DNA of 64,000 nucleotides from Thermodesulfobacteriota bacterium (GTDB lineage Bacteria > Desulfobacterota > Desulfobulbia > Desulfobulbales > SURF-16): positions 32,001-96,000 of the forward strand of contig JBFMAY010000002.1 of NCBI GenBank assembly GCA_040755455.1, written 5' to 3'. Position 1 is the stretch's first letter; each line of letters starts with the position of its first letter. The notes below the pieces were generated by a model. That model saw nothing but the letters and a program-made list of their open reading frames with translations. It was not told where the DNA came from and did no database searches. The position numbers were made by a program, and so were the translations under genes. Shown here one piece after another: positions 50,973 to 60,174 of the stretch.

Positions 50973-50982
50973 AAAGCGCACC

Positions 50983-52092
50983 ATGGAAAACGAGCATTTA
51001 ACCATCGAGATTGACGGGGCGGAGATCAGCGACCTCTATCCCCGGCTCATCAGTCTGGAGGTTGAGCATGACATTGAACTGGCCGCCATGTTCCGCATGC
51101 AGTTTTCCCTGCTGCTTGACCAGGGGGGCTCGTGGGGCATCCTGGATGACGAGCGTTTGCGGATCTGGAAACAGGTGAACATCCGCGCCGGGTTAAGCGA
51201 GGCGGACGATGAGCTGATGACAGGCTATATCACCCATGTCACCCCTTATTTTGACGGCGACCCGGCCCGCTGCGTGCTGGAGGTATGGGGCATGGACGCC
51301 AGCGTGCTCATGGACCGGGAGGAGAAGCTTAAAGACTGGCCGAACAAGAAGGACAGCGATATCGCCTCCGAGATCCTCGGCACCTATGGCCTGACGCCCG
51401 ATGTGGAGGACACCGAGGTGATCCATGACGAGGCGCTGTCCACCATCATCCAGCGGGAGACGGACATGCAGTTTTTAAAAAGACTGGCCCTGCGCAACGG
51501 CTTTGCGTGCTATGTGGAGGGCGATACGGCCTTTTTCAAAAAACCGCGGCTGGATGATCCGCCCCAGCCGGTGCTGTCCGTCCACTTCGGCAGCGAGACC
51601 ACGGTCAACCGTTTGTCGCTCACGGTCAATGCCCTGAGCCCGGCCAATGTGGCCATGTTCCAGATCGACCGGAACACGAAAGAGGTGCTGGAGGCCGAGG
51701 CCATTGCCAGTGAGCAGACGACCCTGGGCGCTGATGATGCGGCAAGCCATCTCGGCCCGGGCATGAATCCGGCCCAGGTTTTCGTCGGCCGCACCGCAGC
51801 AACCGGCACCCCGGAGATGACTGCCCTGTGCCGGGAACTGTACCATCAGGGCGAATGGTTTGTGGAAGGGGAAGGGGAAACAGAGGCCAACCAGTACGGC
51901 CACATCCTCAAATCGAGGAAAACCGTGACCATCAGGGGCATCGGTGAGACATACAGCGGGGTCTACTTTGTGAGCCACGTCACCCACATCTTCACCGATG
52001 ACGGCTACCGGCAGCTCTTCAAGGTCAAACGCAACGCCCTGCTGCCCACCGGCGCGGAAGAATTTTCATCCTCTTCTTCCGGGCTGCTGTAG
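50983..52092 (+). CDS. Baseplate hub protein (phage late control D / gp27-like)
   Basis: 'QRETDMQFLKRLA.RNG', 'YSGVYFVSHVTH'. Confidence 0.9.
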   Translation: MENEHLTIEIDGAEISDLYPRLISLEVEHDIELAAMFRMQFSLLLDQGGSWGILDDERLRIWKQVNIRAGLSEADDELMTGYITHVTPYFDGDPARCVLEVWGMDASVLMDREEKLKDWPNKKDSDIASEILGTYGLTPDVEDTEVIHDEALSTIIQRETDMQFLKRLALRNGFACYVEGDTAFFKKPRLDDPPQPVLSVHFGSETTVNRLSLTVNALSPANVAMFQIDRNTKEVLEAEAIASEQTTLGADDAASHLGPGMNPAQVFVGRTAATGTPEMTALCRELYHQGEWFVEGEGETEANQYGHILKSRKTVTIRGIGETYSGVYFVSHVTHIFTDDGYRQLFKVKRNALLPTGAEEFSSSSSGLL

Positions 52093-52158
52093 GAGCGGTT
52101 CGCAAACCGCCCCTTGGCGCCACATGGGATTCAGGGCACCCACAAGGGGTGCACCTAC
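52089..52158. repeat. REP doublet (REPIN-like): two inverted GTAG-type palindromes
   Basis: GTAGGAGCGGTTCGCAAACCGCCCCT ... AGGGCACCCACAAGGGGTGCACCTAC; the GTAG supplies the upstream stop codon. Confidence 0.75.
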
Positions 52159-52192
52159 GGATGGGAGGGAAAGAAAGAGATGAGGGGATTAC

Positions 52193-53074
52193 TTGTCGCT
52201 TGAAAAGATCGTTGCCAGACTGGTGGACAAGGTGGAACACCGTTATTACGGCAAATACCGTGGTATCGTGGTGGACAATGCCGACCCCGAGCATCTGGGC
52301 AGATTAAAACTCAAGGTGCCGAGCATTCTGGGCAACGACATTGTCACCGGCTGGGCCGCAGCCTGTGTCCCATACGGCGGGGAGGCGAACCAGGGCATGC
52401 TGTTCATCCCCGAGGTCAACGCCGGGGTGTGGGTTGAATTTGAAGAGGGGGATCTGGAGTTTCCCATCTGGGTGGGCGCCTTCTGGAGCAAGCCGGACGG
52501 CGAGAGCGAGCTGCCCAAACCCAATGACCCCGACGGCGCGGAGCAGGGCGGGGTGCAGGACCCGCCCACCCGCAAGATCATTAAAACGGTCAAGGGCCAC
52601 TCCATCCAGTTCGAGGACAAGGACGGCGAGGAGCTGATCACCATCGTCGAGGCGGTGAACAGCAATGTCATCACCCTGGACGCAAACGGCATCACCATTA
52701 AAGACGGGGCCGGCACCATCACCATTGAAGACGCGAACGGCAACCAGGTGTTGCTGGACAGCAGCGGCATCACCTGCACGGACATGAGCGGCAACGAGAT
52801 CAAGATGGACAGCCAGGGGGTAAAGGTGTCTGATGCCAACGGCAACACCATCAAGATGGATGCCATGAGCGGTTTCCCGGCGGGACCGGGGGTGAAGGTC
52901 AATGGCGGCTCAGGCCGGGTGTGCATGGAAGGGCTGATCAACTGGCTGATGACCCATCAGCATGTGGGCAATCTGGGGGCGCCGACCCCGCTCTTTCCGG
53001 GGAGCATGGTCGATCTCACCATGGCCCTTTCCGGGGTGAATGCCCTGCTGTCAAAAAAAATAAAGGTGGAGTAA
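52193..53074 (+). CDS. Spike protein (P2 gpV / gp5 OB-fold + beta-helix)
   Basis: YYGKYRGIV.DN.DP...GR, PEV..GVWVEFE.GD..FPIW.G, repeated 'D.NGN.I.MD', terminal HQH. Confidence 0.92.
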   Translation: MSLEKIVARLVDKVEHRYYGKYRGIVVDNADPEHLGRLKLKVPSILGNDIVTGWAAACVPYGGEANQGMLFIPEVNAGVWVEFEEGDLEFPIWVGAFWSKPDGESELPKPNDPDGAEQGGVQDPPTRKIIKTVKGHSIQFEDKDGEELITIVEAVNSNVITLDANGITIKDGAGTITIEDANGNQVLLDSSGITCTDMSGNEIKMDSQGVKVSDANGNTIKMDAMSGFPAGPGVKVNGGSGRVCMEGLINWLMTHQHVGNLGAPTPLFPGSMVDLTMALSGVNALLSKKIKVE

Positions 53075-53081
53075 TGCGACC

Positions 53082-53432
53082 ATGGGCCTGATTATCGGCG
53101 ACGAAAATGCCTCCCAGGGCATGACCAAGGCGATCTACGACAAGATCCGCCAGGTCATGGAGCCCATTGACGGCGCAAGCGAGGAGCAGATGACGGATAT
53201 CCGCGCCGGCTGGAAGAAGCTCTCCCATGCCATCGCCCACGGCGTGGTCACCCATATCAAGTCGAACATGGAGATCAAAAAGATCAAGACCATCGATAAG
53301 GTGAGCGTGCAGGGTTCCACCGGCACGGCCGCGCCCAGCGCCCACTCGCACAGTGTGGCCATTGCGGCCGAGGACGGGAATCTGCAGTTTACCGAGACCA
53401 ATTATCCCGCAGGACAGGGACATGTGGAGTGA
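53082..53432 (+). CDS. Small hypothetical protein between spike and gp25, with an HxH motif
   Basis: 116 aa; 'AHSHS'; no PAAR motif. Confidence 0.7.
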   Translation: MGLIIGDENASQGMTKAIYDKIRQVMEPIDGASEEQMTDIRAGWKKLSHAIAHGVVTHIKSNMEIKKIKTIDKVSVQGSTGTAAPSAHSHSVAIAAEDGNLQFTETNYPAGQGHVE

Positions 53433-53437
53433 CAGCC

Positions 53438-53806
53438 ATGGCAGGTGAAGTGACCACATTCGGCTTCCCCTTTGCGGTGAACAAGGCGGGCGGCATCAGC
53501 GCCAGCGGCGGCGACGAGGCCATCCGGGGCAAGATTATCCAGGTGCTGTTTACCGCGCCCGGCGAAAGGGTGAACATGCCCGAATTCGGCTGCGGCATCT
53601 TCAACCTGGTGTTTGAGGCCAACAACACCATTCTCGCCGCGGCCATGGAGTTCACCATCGGCCAGGCCTTGGCCCGCTGGCTGGATGAGGACATCATCGT
53701 GGACGGCGTTGACGTGGAGTCCCGGGAAGAGACCATCACCGTGGAGATCTCCTACACCAGAAGGCAGGATTTGAGCCGGGAGACGGTGCGGATACATTTT
53801 CGATAA
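53438..53806 (+). CDS. GPW/gp25 family baseplate protein (Afp9-like)
   Basis: FPF, 'LFTAPGERVNMPEFGCG'. Confidence 0.93.
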   Translation: MAGEVTTFGFPFAVNKAGGISASGGDEAIRGKIIQVLFTAPGERVNMPEFGCGIFNLVFEANNTILAAAMEFTIGQALARWLDEDIIVDGVDVESREETITVEISYTRRQDLSRETVRIHFR

Positions 53807-53865
53807 AGACGTTCAAGCGTTTGAGCGTTTAAACGCTGGAACGCTACCACCCGAAGGGTAAGAAT

Positions 53866-55425
53866 ATGGCAGAGATCAAGAAGATAGACGAACACACCAT
53901 TGTGGACTACATGGCCCGGGACTATGACAGCCTGCTGCAGTCCATGCGGGAACTCATTCCGGCCAGGCTGCCGGAGTGGAAAAGCTATGCCTCGGAGGCC
54001 GATTTCGGCAATGTCCTGCTGCAGCTCTTTGCCCACATGGGCGACATCCTCAGCTACTATCAGGACCGGGTGGCCAATGAGAGCTTCCTGGGCACGGCCC
54101 AGAGCAGACGAAGCGTCATTGATCACCTGAAACTGATCGGCTACCGGCTGGCCACCGCTGCCCCGGCCTCCGCCACCCTGGACCTGACCATTCCGGCCGC
54201 CTGCACGGCGGTCATCACCCTCCGCCGGGGCGACGCCTTTGCCACCAAAAGCCAGAAGGACAAGCCCAGCGTCCGCTTTGAATACAGCCGGGAGGACAAC
54301 CTGGTGATTGACTGCAGCACCCTGTCCGTTGATCCGGCAACCAGCAAGAAATACTTCAGGGGCGTGCCGGTTGAGGAGGGACGCCTGGTTAAAAACGAGA
54401 TCATCGGCTTTTCCGACGGCGGCAAAAACCAGCGATTCACCCTGGCCCATGCCGGGCTGATCCTACGCTCAGCCGGGGCAACCCAGAAAATCAACCGGGA
54501 TATCATTATCACCACCAGCCTGGGCGAGACCATTGACGAGTGGACCCTGCAGGAAAGCCTGGCCTTCAGCCGGGAAAAGCAGAAGGACTACACCGTGGAG
54601 ATTGACGATGAGGACTCGGCCACCATCATTTTCGGCGACGGCACCTTTGGCGCCATACCCGCAGGCGGCGCAACCATCAGGGCCACCTACCGGGTGGGCG
54701 GGGGGCTCAAGGGCAACACCCCGGCAGGCACCATCCAAACCATCGTCGACGCCGCGCAGCTGGTGTTAAACGGCATCAAGGCCACCAACCCGGAGGCCGC
54801 CACCGGCGGCGCGGAACGGGAGAGCATCAAGCATGCCGTCATGCACGCCCCGTCCGTGTTCCGCTCGCTGAAACGGGCGGTCACCGAGGATGACTACAAG
54901 GCCCTGGCCCTGGACTTCAAGGGGGTGGGCAAGGTGCGGGCCGTGTCCGCCAGCTGGAACCGGGTCACCTTGTTTGTCGCACCCGAGGGCGGCGGCCGGG
55001 TGAGCGACGTGCTGGAGGCAGGTCTGCTGGCCTACTTCGAGGACAAGCGGCCGGTTACCACCATTATCACCATCGAGGATGTGGATTATGTCAAGCTTTA
55101 CATCACCGCCGCCATCGGGGTGAAAAGCTACTATCCGCCTGATGACGTGAAGGAAAAGGTGATGGCCGCGGCGGCCGCGCTGCTGGCCTTTGCCAATGTC
55201 GATTTCGCCCAGACCATCTATCTCTCCAAATTCTACGAGGCGATCGAGGCGGTGGAAGGGGTGGATTACGTCACCATCAGCGAGTTCAGGCGCCAGAATC
55301 AGCCGGCCGGTTATGTTGAACCGGCGGGCAAGATCACCATGAAGGAAAATGAGATCCCCGTTATTCCCGCAGGTGTCCCGGCCTATGCCAAGGGCATCAG
55401 AATCGTTATCGAGGGTGAAAGCTGA
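53866..55425 (+). CDS. Baseplate J-like wedge protein (Afp11-like)
   Basis: DYMARDYDS, D.LSYYQDR.ANE.FL.TA, FGDG..G.IP, RAVT..DY. Confidence 0.93.
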   Translation: MAEIKKIDEHTIVDYMARDYDSLLQSMRELIPARLPEWKSYASEADFGNVLLQLFAHMGDILSYYQDRVANESFLGTAQSRRSVIDHLKLIGYRLATAAPASATLDLTIPAACTAVITLRRGDAFATKSQKDKPSVRFEYSREDNLVIDCSTLSVDPATSKKYFRGVPVEEGRLVKNEIIGFSDGGKNQRFTLAHAGLILRSAGATQKINRDIIITTSLGETIDEWTLQESLAFSREKQKDYTVEIDDEDSATIIFGDGTFGAIPAGGATIRATYRVGGGLKGNTPAGTIQTIVDAAQLVLNGIKATNPEAATGGAERESIKHAVMHAPSVFRSLKRAVTEDDYKALALDFKGVGKVRAVSASWNRVTLFVAPEGGGRVSDVLEAGLLAYFEDKRPVTTIITIEDVDYVKLYITAAIGVKSYYPPDDVKEKVMAAAAALLAFANVDFAQTIYLSKFYEAIEAVEGVDYVTISEFRRQNQPAGYVEPAGKITMKENEIPVIPAGVPAYAKGIRIVIEGES

Positions 55426-55427
55426 CC

Positions 55428-57758
55428 ATGCGTCTCAAGGCGATAACAGCAGCAGCCTGTCCTGAAGGCAACAGGATAGCGCTTTCCTGGACCAACCCTG
55501 ATCCGGCAGGCTTCCCGGGCATCAGGGTGGTGCGCCGGGAAAAGACCTTTCCCGTCTCGCCGCAGGACGGCGTCATCGTGGCCCAAGGAACAGAGCTTGC
55601 CAGCGGCTTCAATGCCGACGGCGAGGCGCTCTACTCCATTATCGACAGCAATCTGCAGGGCGAGACCCACTATTATTACACCCTCTTTCCCTATCTGGGA
55701 GCCCCCCCGGTCTTTGCCTTCGATTACCATAACCGCTGCGTGGCCATGGCCACGCAGGCATACGGGTTCGGAGCCCGGATGTTTGACCAGCTGCCGCGCA
55801 TCTATCACCGCTATGACACGGTGCTGCCCGCCGACCCTGCCGAGGTGCCGGCGGAGCTTGGCCAGGCCGGCCAGCTCAGGCGCTTTCTCGAGGTGCCGGG
55901 CAGCATGCTCGATCTGCTCTATAGCCATGCGGGCGCCGCACTCGATCTGCACAACACGGACCGCATGGACGGACGGCTGCTGCCCCTGCCGGCCCAGTGG
56001 ATCGCCTGGCAGATCGACTACCGGCTGGAAATCGACGCCCAGCGCAACGAGATCCGCAACGCCCCCCATCTTTACAAAACCGTGGGGCTGATCCCCACGG
56101 TGGAAGCCACGGTGAAGCGCCTCACCAACTGGGAAAGCAGGGTAAAGGAGTTTGTCCACAACATCTTTCTCAGCAACAACCCGGAAAGGCTCAACCTGTG
56201 GACCATGCGCCTTGATGAGGAAGGGCAGTGGCAGGAGGCGACAGAGCCCTTTTCGCTGAATTTCGCCTATGAGGGCCGGCCTGCGGCAGTCACCGATGCG
56301 GACGGCGCCATCTGGCTTTTCTATCATACCCGCAAAATGAACCGATGGGATATCTGGCACAAAACCTGGTCAGCGGCAGACGGCTGGTCGCCGAGCAGTC
56401 CGCTTTCGGAAAGCCGGAACATTGATAAGCATCCCGCCGCGGCCCTGCAGGGCACCACCCTGTGGCTCTTCTGGAGTTCCTACAGCGAGCAGGATGGCAC
56501 CTGGCGCATTCTTTACCAGCGCAGAAGCGCCGGGGCGTGGTCAGAGGCGGCAACCTTCGGCACAGATTTGCTTCAGCGCCGGGCACCTGCGGCAACGGCG
56601 GACAGCAGCGGCGGCCTCTGGCTCTTCTGGCTGGAGCTGGACGCCGGCCGCTGGCAGATGAAGTACAACCGTCATGACGGCACGGACTGGCAGCTCGCCT
56701 CCCCTGCCCTGTTCCCGCAGGATAGCGGGCTCGATGCCAGGGTTGACAGCGAGCCGTTTGTGCTCGCTCATACCAGCGGTGCGGTGGAGCGGCTCATGGT
56801 GCTCTGGTCGCGCAAGGAGCCGGCGGCCCTCCCAGGCCAGACCAGGTGGACTGTGGCCTGCCGGGTCAAGGGCTCCGTCGATCCGGCAAACAGCGCGGAC
56901 TGGGGAGGCGTCCTGCTCAAACCCAAGGATACGGCGGACGTAAACGACAGCGACCCCGTTGCCCTGGCCGGGCCGGCCGGCAATGTCGAGATCTTTTTCA
57001 GCTCGGACCAGAGCGGCAGCTGGTCCCTGTGGCGCACCGGACTTGATCCCGCCTCCTGCGCCTGGGCCGCCGCCGAGCAAATCAGCCGCTCGCCCTATAC
57101 GGAACGCTATCCCCTGCCGCTTTTGCTCCGCGGCGAGAGAATGGTCCTCTTTCGGACCAACCGCAACCTCACATACAGCAGCGATGTATACAAGGCAACC
57201 AAGACCATGGATATGCGCTATGCCGGCAGTGTCAGCTGCATGGCGGCCAACATTGCCAAAAACTCCCTGCGCGGCAAATTCACCGATTTCCAGGCCTACA
57301 CCCATGATGTCGGGGTGGACGGCAAAATGACGGACAGCAACTGGTACTCCCGCCAGACGCTGGGCATCTACCTCACCCCGGACACTGAGGATCCGGGCCT
57401 CATTCTGCGCAACCAGAAGTTGTTGCGCGGGGTGCTGCACCAGTTTCTGCCCATCCAGGTGCGCTATGTCTTTGTCATCGAGCCCGCCATCTACAAGGAA
57501 CAGATCTACACCTACGATTTCCCCACCGCGGAAAACGCACGGTTCATTGAAGAGCAATATACAGACAGCCTGACAACGGTGAGTTCCGAGGTTTACAGCG
57601 GACCCGCCGACAGTTATGCCGACCGGATTCCGGAATGGCGCTGGCTGCGCTCCTGGAGCACGGAGTACACCGCGGGCGGCAGTGTTGATTTTGCCGCCGG
57701 GCCGGTCAGCACCCGCTTCAGGACGTGGCATGTCGGTGTAACAGAAGGAGAGGAGTAA
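55428..57758 (+). CDS. Baseplate/tail protein I-like wedge protein with N-terminal FN3-like and internal Trp-rich propeller-like repeats
   Basis: 'LPRIY.RYD...LRRFL', 'LLP..AQWI.W'; repeated 'PAA..D..G.(I/L)WLF(W/Y)'. Confidence 0.78.
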   Translation: MRLKAITAAACPEGNRIALSWTNPDPAGFPGIRVVRREKTFPVSPQDGVIVAQGTELASGFNADGEALYSIIDSNLQGETHYYYTLFPYLGAPPVFAFDYHNRCVAMATQAYGFGARMFDQLPRIYHRYDTVLPADPAEVPAELGQAGQLRRFLEVPGSMLDLLYSHAGAALDLHNTDRMDGRLLPLPAQWIAWQIDYRLEIDAQRNEIRNAPHLYKTVGLIPTVEATVKRLTNWESRVKEFVHNIFLSNNPERLNLWTMRLDEEGQWQEATEPFSLNFAYEGRPAAVTDADGAIWLFYHTRKMNRWDIWHKTWSAADGWSPSSPLSESRNIDKHPAAALQGTTLWLFWSSYSEQDGTWRILYQRRSAGAWSEAATFGTDLLQRRAPAATADSSGGLWLFWLELDAGRWQMKYNRHDGTDWQLASPALFPQDSGLDARVDSEPFVLAHTSGAVERLMVLWSRKEPAALPGQTRWTVACRVKGSVDPANSADWGGVLLKPKDTADVNDSDPVALAGPAGNVEIFFSSDQSGSWSLWRTGLDPASCAWAAAEQISRSPYTERYPLPLLLRGERMVLFRTNRNLTYSSDVYKATKTMDMRYAGSVSCMAANIAKNSLRGKFTDFQAYTHDVGVDGKMTDSNWYSRQTLGIYLTPDTEDPGLILRNQKLLRGVLHQFLPIQVRYVFVIEPAIYKEQIYTYDFPTAENARFIEEQYTDSLTTVSSEVYSGPADSYADRIPEWRWLRSWSTEYTAGGSVDFAAGPVSTRFRTWHVGVTEGEE

Positions 57759-58285
57759 TGGAACATATCGGCAATCAGTTAAAGGGCATATACCGGGATA
57801 TCCTGAAAACGGCAGACGGCAGCGTGATCCACGACAGCGGCTGGGTCAGCAATACCATCGTCGAGCGGTGCCGCATCCTGCTGGCGGGTTTCATGCGCAA
57901 CGACCCCACCGACGGCATTCACCACCTGGCCTTCGGCCAGGGGCTGGCAACATGGGACAGCGCCGGTGTGCCTGCCCCGGACCCCACGGCCACGGCACTG
58001 GTGGCGCCGTACAATCCGCCCATTGCCGCGGCAAGTCTCACCATGACCTATCTGGACGAAGACAACAACGAGGTGGCGGCCCCGACCAGCAGGCTGCAGA
58101 TCACGGCAATCCTGGCCCCGGGTTATCCCGCGCCGCTGGCGCCGCTGACCACCTACCCTTTACGGGAATTCGGTCTGTTCGGCAGATTTAACGGCGCGGA
58201 TTACATGATCAATTCAATCAGACATGCGGTGATTCATAAAGACGCATCAGCCACGCTGATCAGGATGATCCGCCTGTTTTTTTAA
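57758..58285 (+). CDS. CIS-associated structural protein (tail collar/fibre-attachment-like)
   Basis: TAATG coupling; 'N.IV', 'LA.G.G', 'LREFGLFG'. Confidence 0.72.
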   Translation: MEHIGNQLKGIYRDILKTADGSVIHDSGWVSNTIVERCRILLAGFMRNDPTDGIHHLAFGQGLATWDSAGVPAPDPTATALVAPYNPPIAAASLTMTYLDEDNNEVAAPTSRLQITAILAPGYPAPLAPLTTYPLREFGLFGRFNGADYMINSIRHAVIHKDASATLIRMIRLFF

Positions 58286-58417
58286 TAAAAAAACGTTCCG
58301 CAGGGCAGGAGCGGGCCATGCCCTCTCCTGCTGCAGGATGACATTACTTTCCCAGGTTTCGGGCTTACCCGGCAACGGTAAACCGTGAACTGACTTTCAC
58401 TGCAAGGGGTGTACAAT

Positions 58418-59749
58418 ATGGGCAACTTCTCGAGAAATACATTTGACCGGTTAAAACACTATGTCGGTGTCCGCCTGCAGCAGGGTGTGCCACTCATAGA
58501 TGCGGACTGGAACGAACAGGAGGATATCCGCAAGTATGAACTGCAGGCCTTTCTGAAATGGTTTGCCGGCAACGGCGTGCCAAGCGGCAACGACGGCTTC
58601 CGCATTCTGGCCGCGGCGGGCACGACCAACAACTTCGATATCCAGGGCGGCAACGGCACGGCCCTGGGCGCGGGCCGCATCCTGGTGGAAGGCATGGACG
58701 CCATGCTGGAAAGCACCATGCGCTACAGCAGCCAGCCACTGTACAACAATCCCATCCTGGCCGCCCGCTGGGGGGTGGCGGTCATCCCCCCGCTCACCAC
58801 GCCCATCGCCGCCAGAGAGGATCTGGTCTATATCGATGTGTGGGAGCGCGAGGTGGACAGCAGCGAGGACGGCAATCTGATCAACCCGGCCATCGGCATC
58901 GAGTCCTGCGTGCGCCTCAGGCGCGAATGGGCGGTGCGCGTGGCCCAGGGCGCCGTCTCCCTGCCCGCTCCTCCGGCCGGCCATGGTTATTACACCCTGG
59001 CCCGCATCAAACGGGCGGCCGGCAATACCACCATCCTGGCCGCGCAGATCGAGGACCTGCGCACGGTGGGCATCAATCTCTCCGACCTGGCGGCGGAGAT
59101 CATCGACGCCAGGGGCATGAAGGGCAATGTGGGCAACCGGCTGGACGAATCGCTGACCAAGGGCGGCCAGCTGCGGTTCAATGTGGTGGGCAATGACCAG
59201 GTGAAGGCCGATGCCGCCATCAACGAGTCAAAGATCCTCTTTGCCGCCACCGGCCATGACCACAGCGGCGGGGCCGGTGGCAACATGATCGGCACAAGCG
59301 GCCTGGAAAACAATGCCGTGACCAACGCCAAGCTGGCCGATCTTTCGGTGACCAACGCCAAACTGGTCAATACCTGCGTCACTACCGCAAAAATTTATGA
59401 CGATTCGGTGACCACGGCCAAGATCGCTGACGATACCGTCACCCGCGCCAAACTTGATCTCACGGTAGTGAACAGCGGCAGTGTAGTCGATCTCGCGCCC
59501 GGCACCTATGTCACCCAGTTGGTACAGACCAACGTCAGCTGGGCCGACGGATTAAAGAGGATCTATATGCCGGCGGTCGCCATTACCAGCGTTACCGGCA
59601 GCGGCATGGCCGATATCCGCCATGAATTTGTCTACCGGGCGTGGTCGGGCAGTGACACGTACGATGTCTATATCCGGATCAGCAATGAATCCGGCGGCAG
59701 TGAACTGGTGGATCTTTACTGGTATGTTTACATCTTTGCGGAGAATTGA
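58418..59749 (+). CDS. Tail fibre protein (DUF6519-like N-terminus, 10-aa repeats, distal tip domain)
   Basis: GNFSR.TF...KHY.GV.LQQG....DADWNE; GHDHSG; five 'VTxAK(L/I)' repeats. Confidence 0.8.
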   Translation: MGNFSRNTFDRLKHYVGVRLQQGVPLIDADWNEQEDIRKYELQAFLKWFAGNGVPSGNDGFRILAAAGTTNNFDIQGGNGTALGAGRILVEGMDAMLESTMRYSSQPLYNNPILAARWGVAVIPPLTTPIAAREDLVYIDVWEREVDSSEDGNLINPAIGIESCVRLRREWAVRVAQGAVSLPAPPAGHGYYTLARIKRAAGNTTILAAQIEDLRTVGINLSDLAAEIIDARGMKGNVGNRLDESLTKGGQLRFNVVGNDQVKADAAINESKILFAATGHDHSGGAGGNMIGTSGLENNAVTNAKLADLSVTNAKLVNTCVTTAKIYDDSVTTAKIADDTVTRAKLDLTVVNSGSVVDLAPGTYVTQLVQTNVSWADGLKRIYMPAVAITSVTGSGMADIRHEFVYRAWSGSDTYDVYIRISNESGGSELVDLYWYVYIFAEN

Positions 59750-59752
59750 GCA

Positions 59753-60157
59753 ATGAGCCACAAAAAAATGATATGGAAGGAATTTCAACGCACCGGCATC
59801 CTTGATTCCCCGGACGAAAAGGTGCAGAGTTTTGTGCAGTATCTGCGAAATTGCCGGGAAAACTGCTGGGAGCAGATCATCCCTGAATTCAAGGAAAAAT
59901 ACTACGACTGCTTCGACACCATTGTCCCGGTGCTGGCCCGCATGAACGATCCCCTGATCCAGCTGGTACTGGCCCGGCATGCCGATGCCAGCAAACCTAA
60001 GGAGCGGGAACTGCTGGTAACCATGGCCAAGGAGGCGGATGCCGAAAAGAACCCGGTGCTGCTGAAACGGATCGCCGCCATGAAAATTACCACGGTCACC
60101 AATGAGTTGAAAAAAAGGACCTTGCCGGAAAATCTAAGAAAATATACGGAAGGCTAA
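59753..60157 (+). CDS. Hypothetical helical protein
   Basis: 134-aa ORF 3 bp after the fibre gene, with GGAG upstream. Confidence 0.7.
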   Translation: MSHKKMIWKEFQRTGILDSPDEKVQSFVQYLRNCRENCWEQIIPEFKEKYYDCFDTIVPVLARMNDPLIQLVLARHADASKPKERELLVTMAKEADAEKNPVLLKRIAAMKITTVTNELKKRTLPENLRKYTEG

Positions 60158-60174
60158 TAAGATACGTTGTTTCG

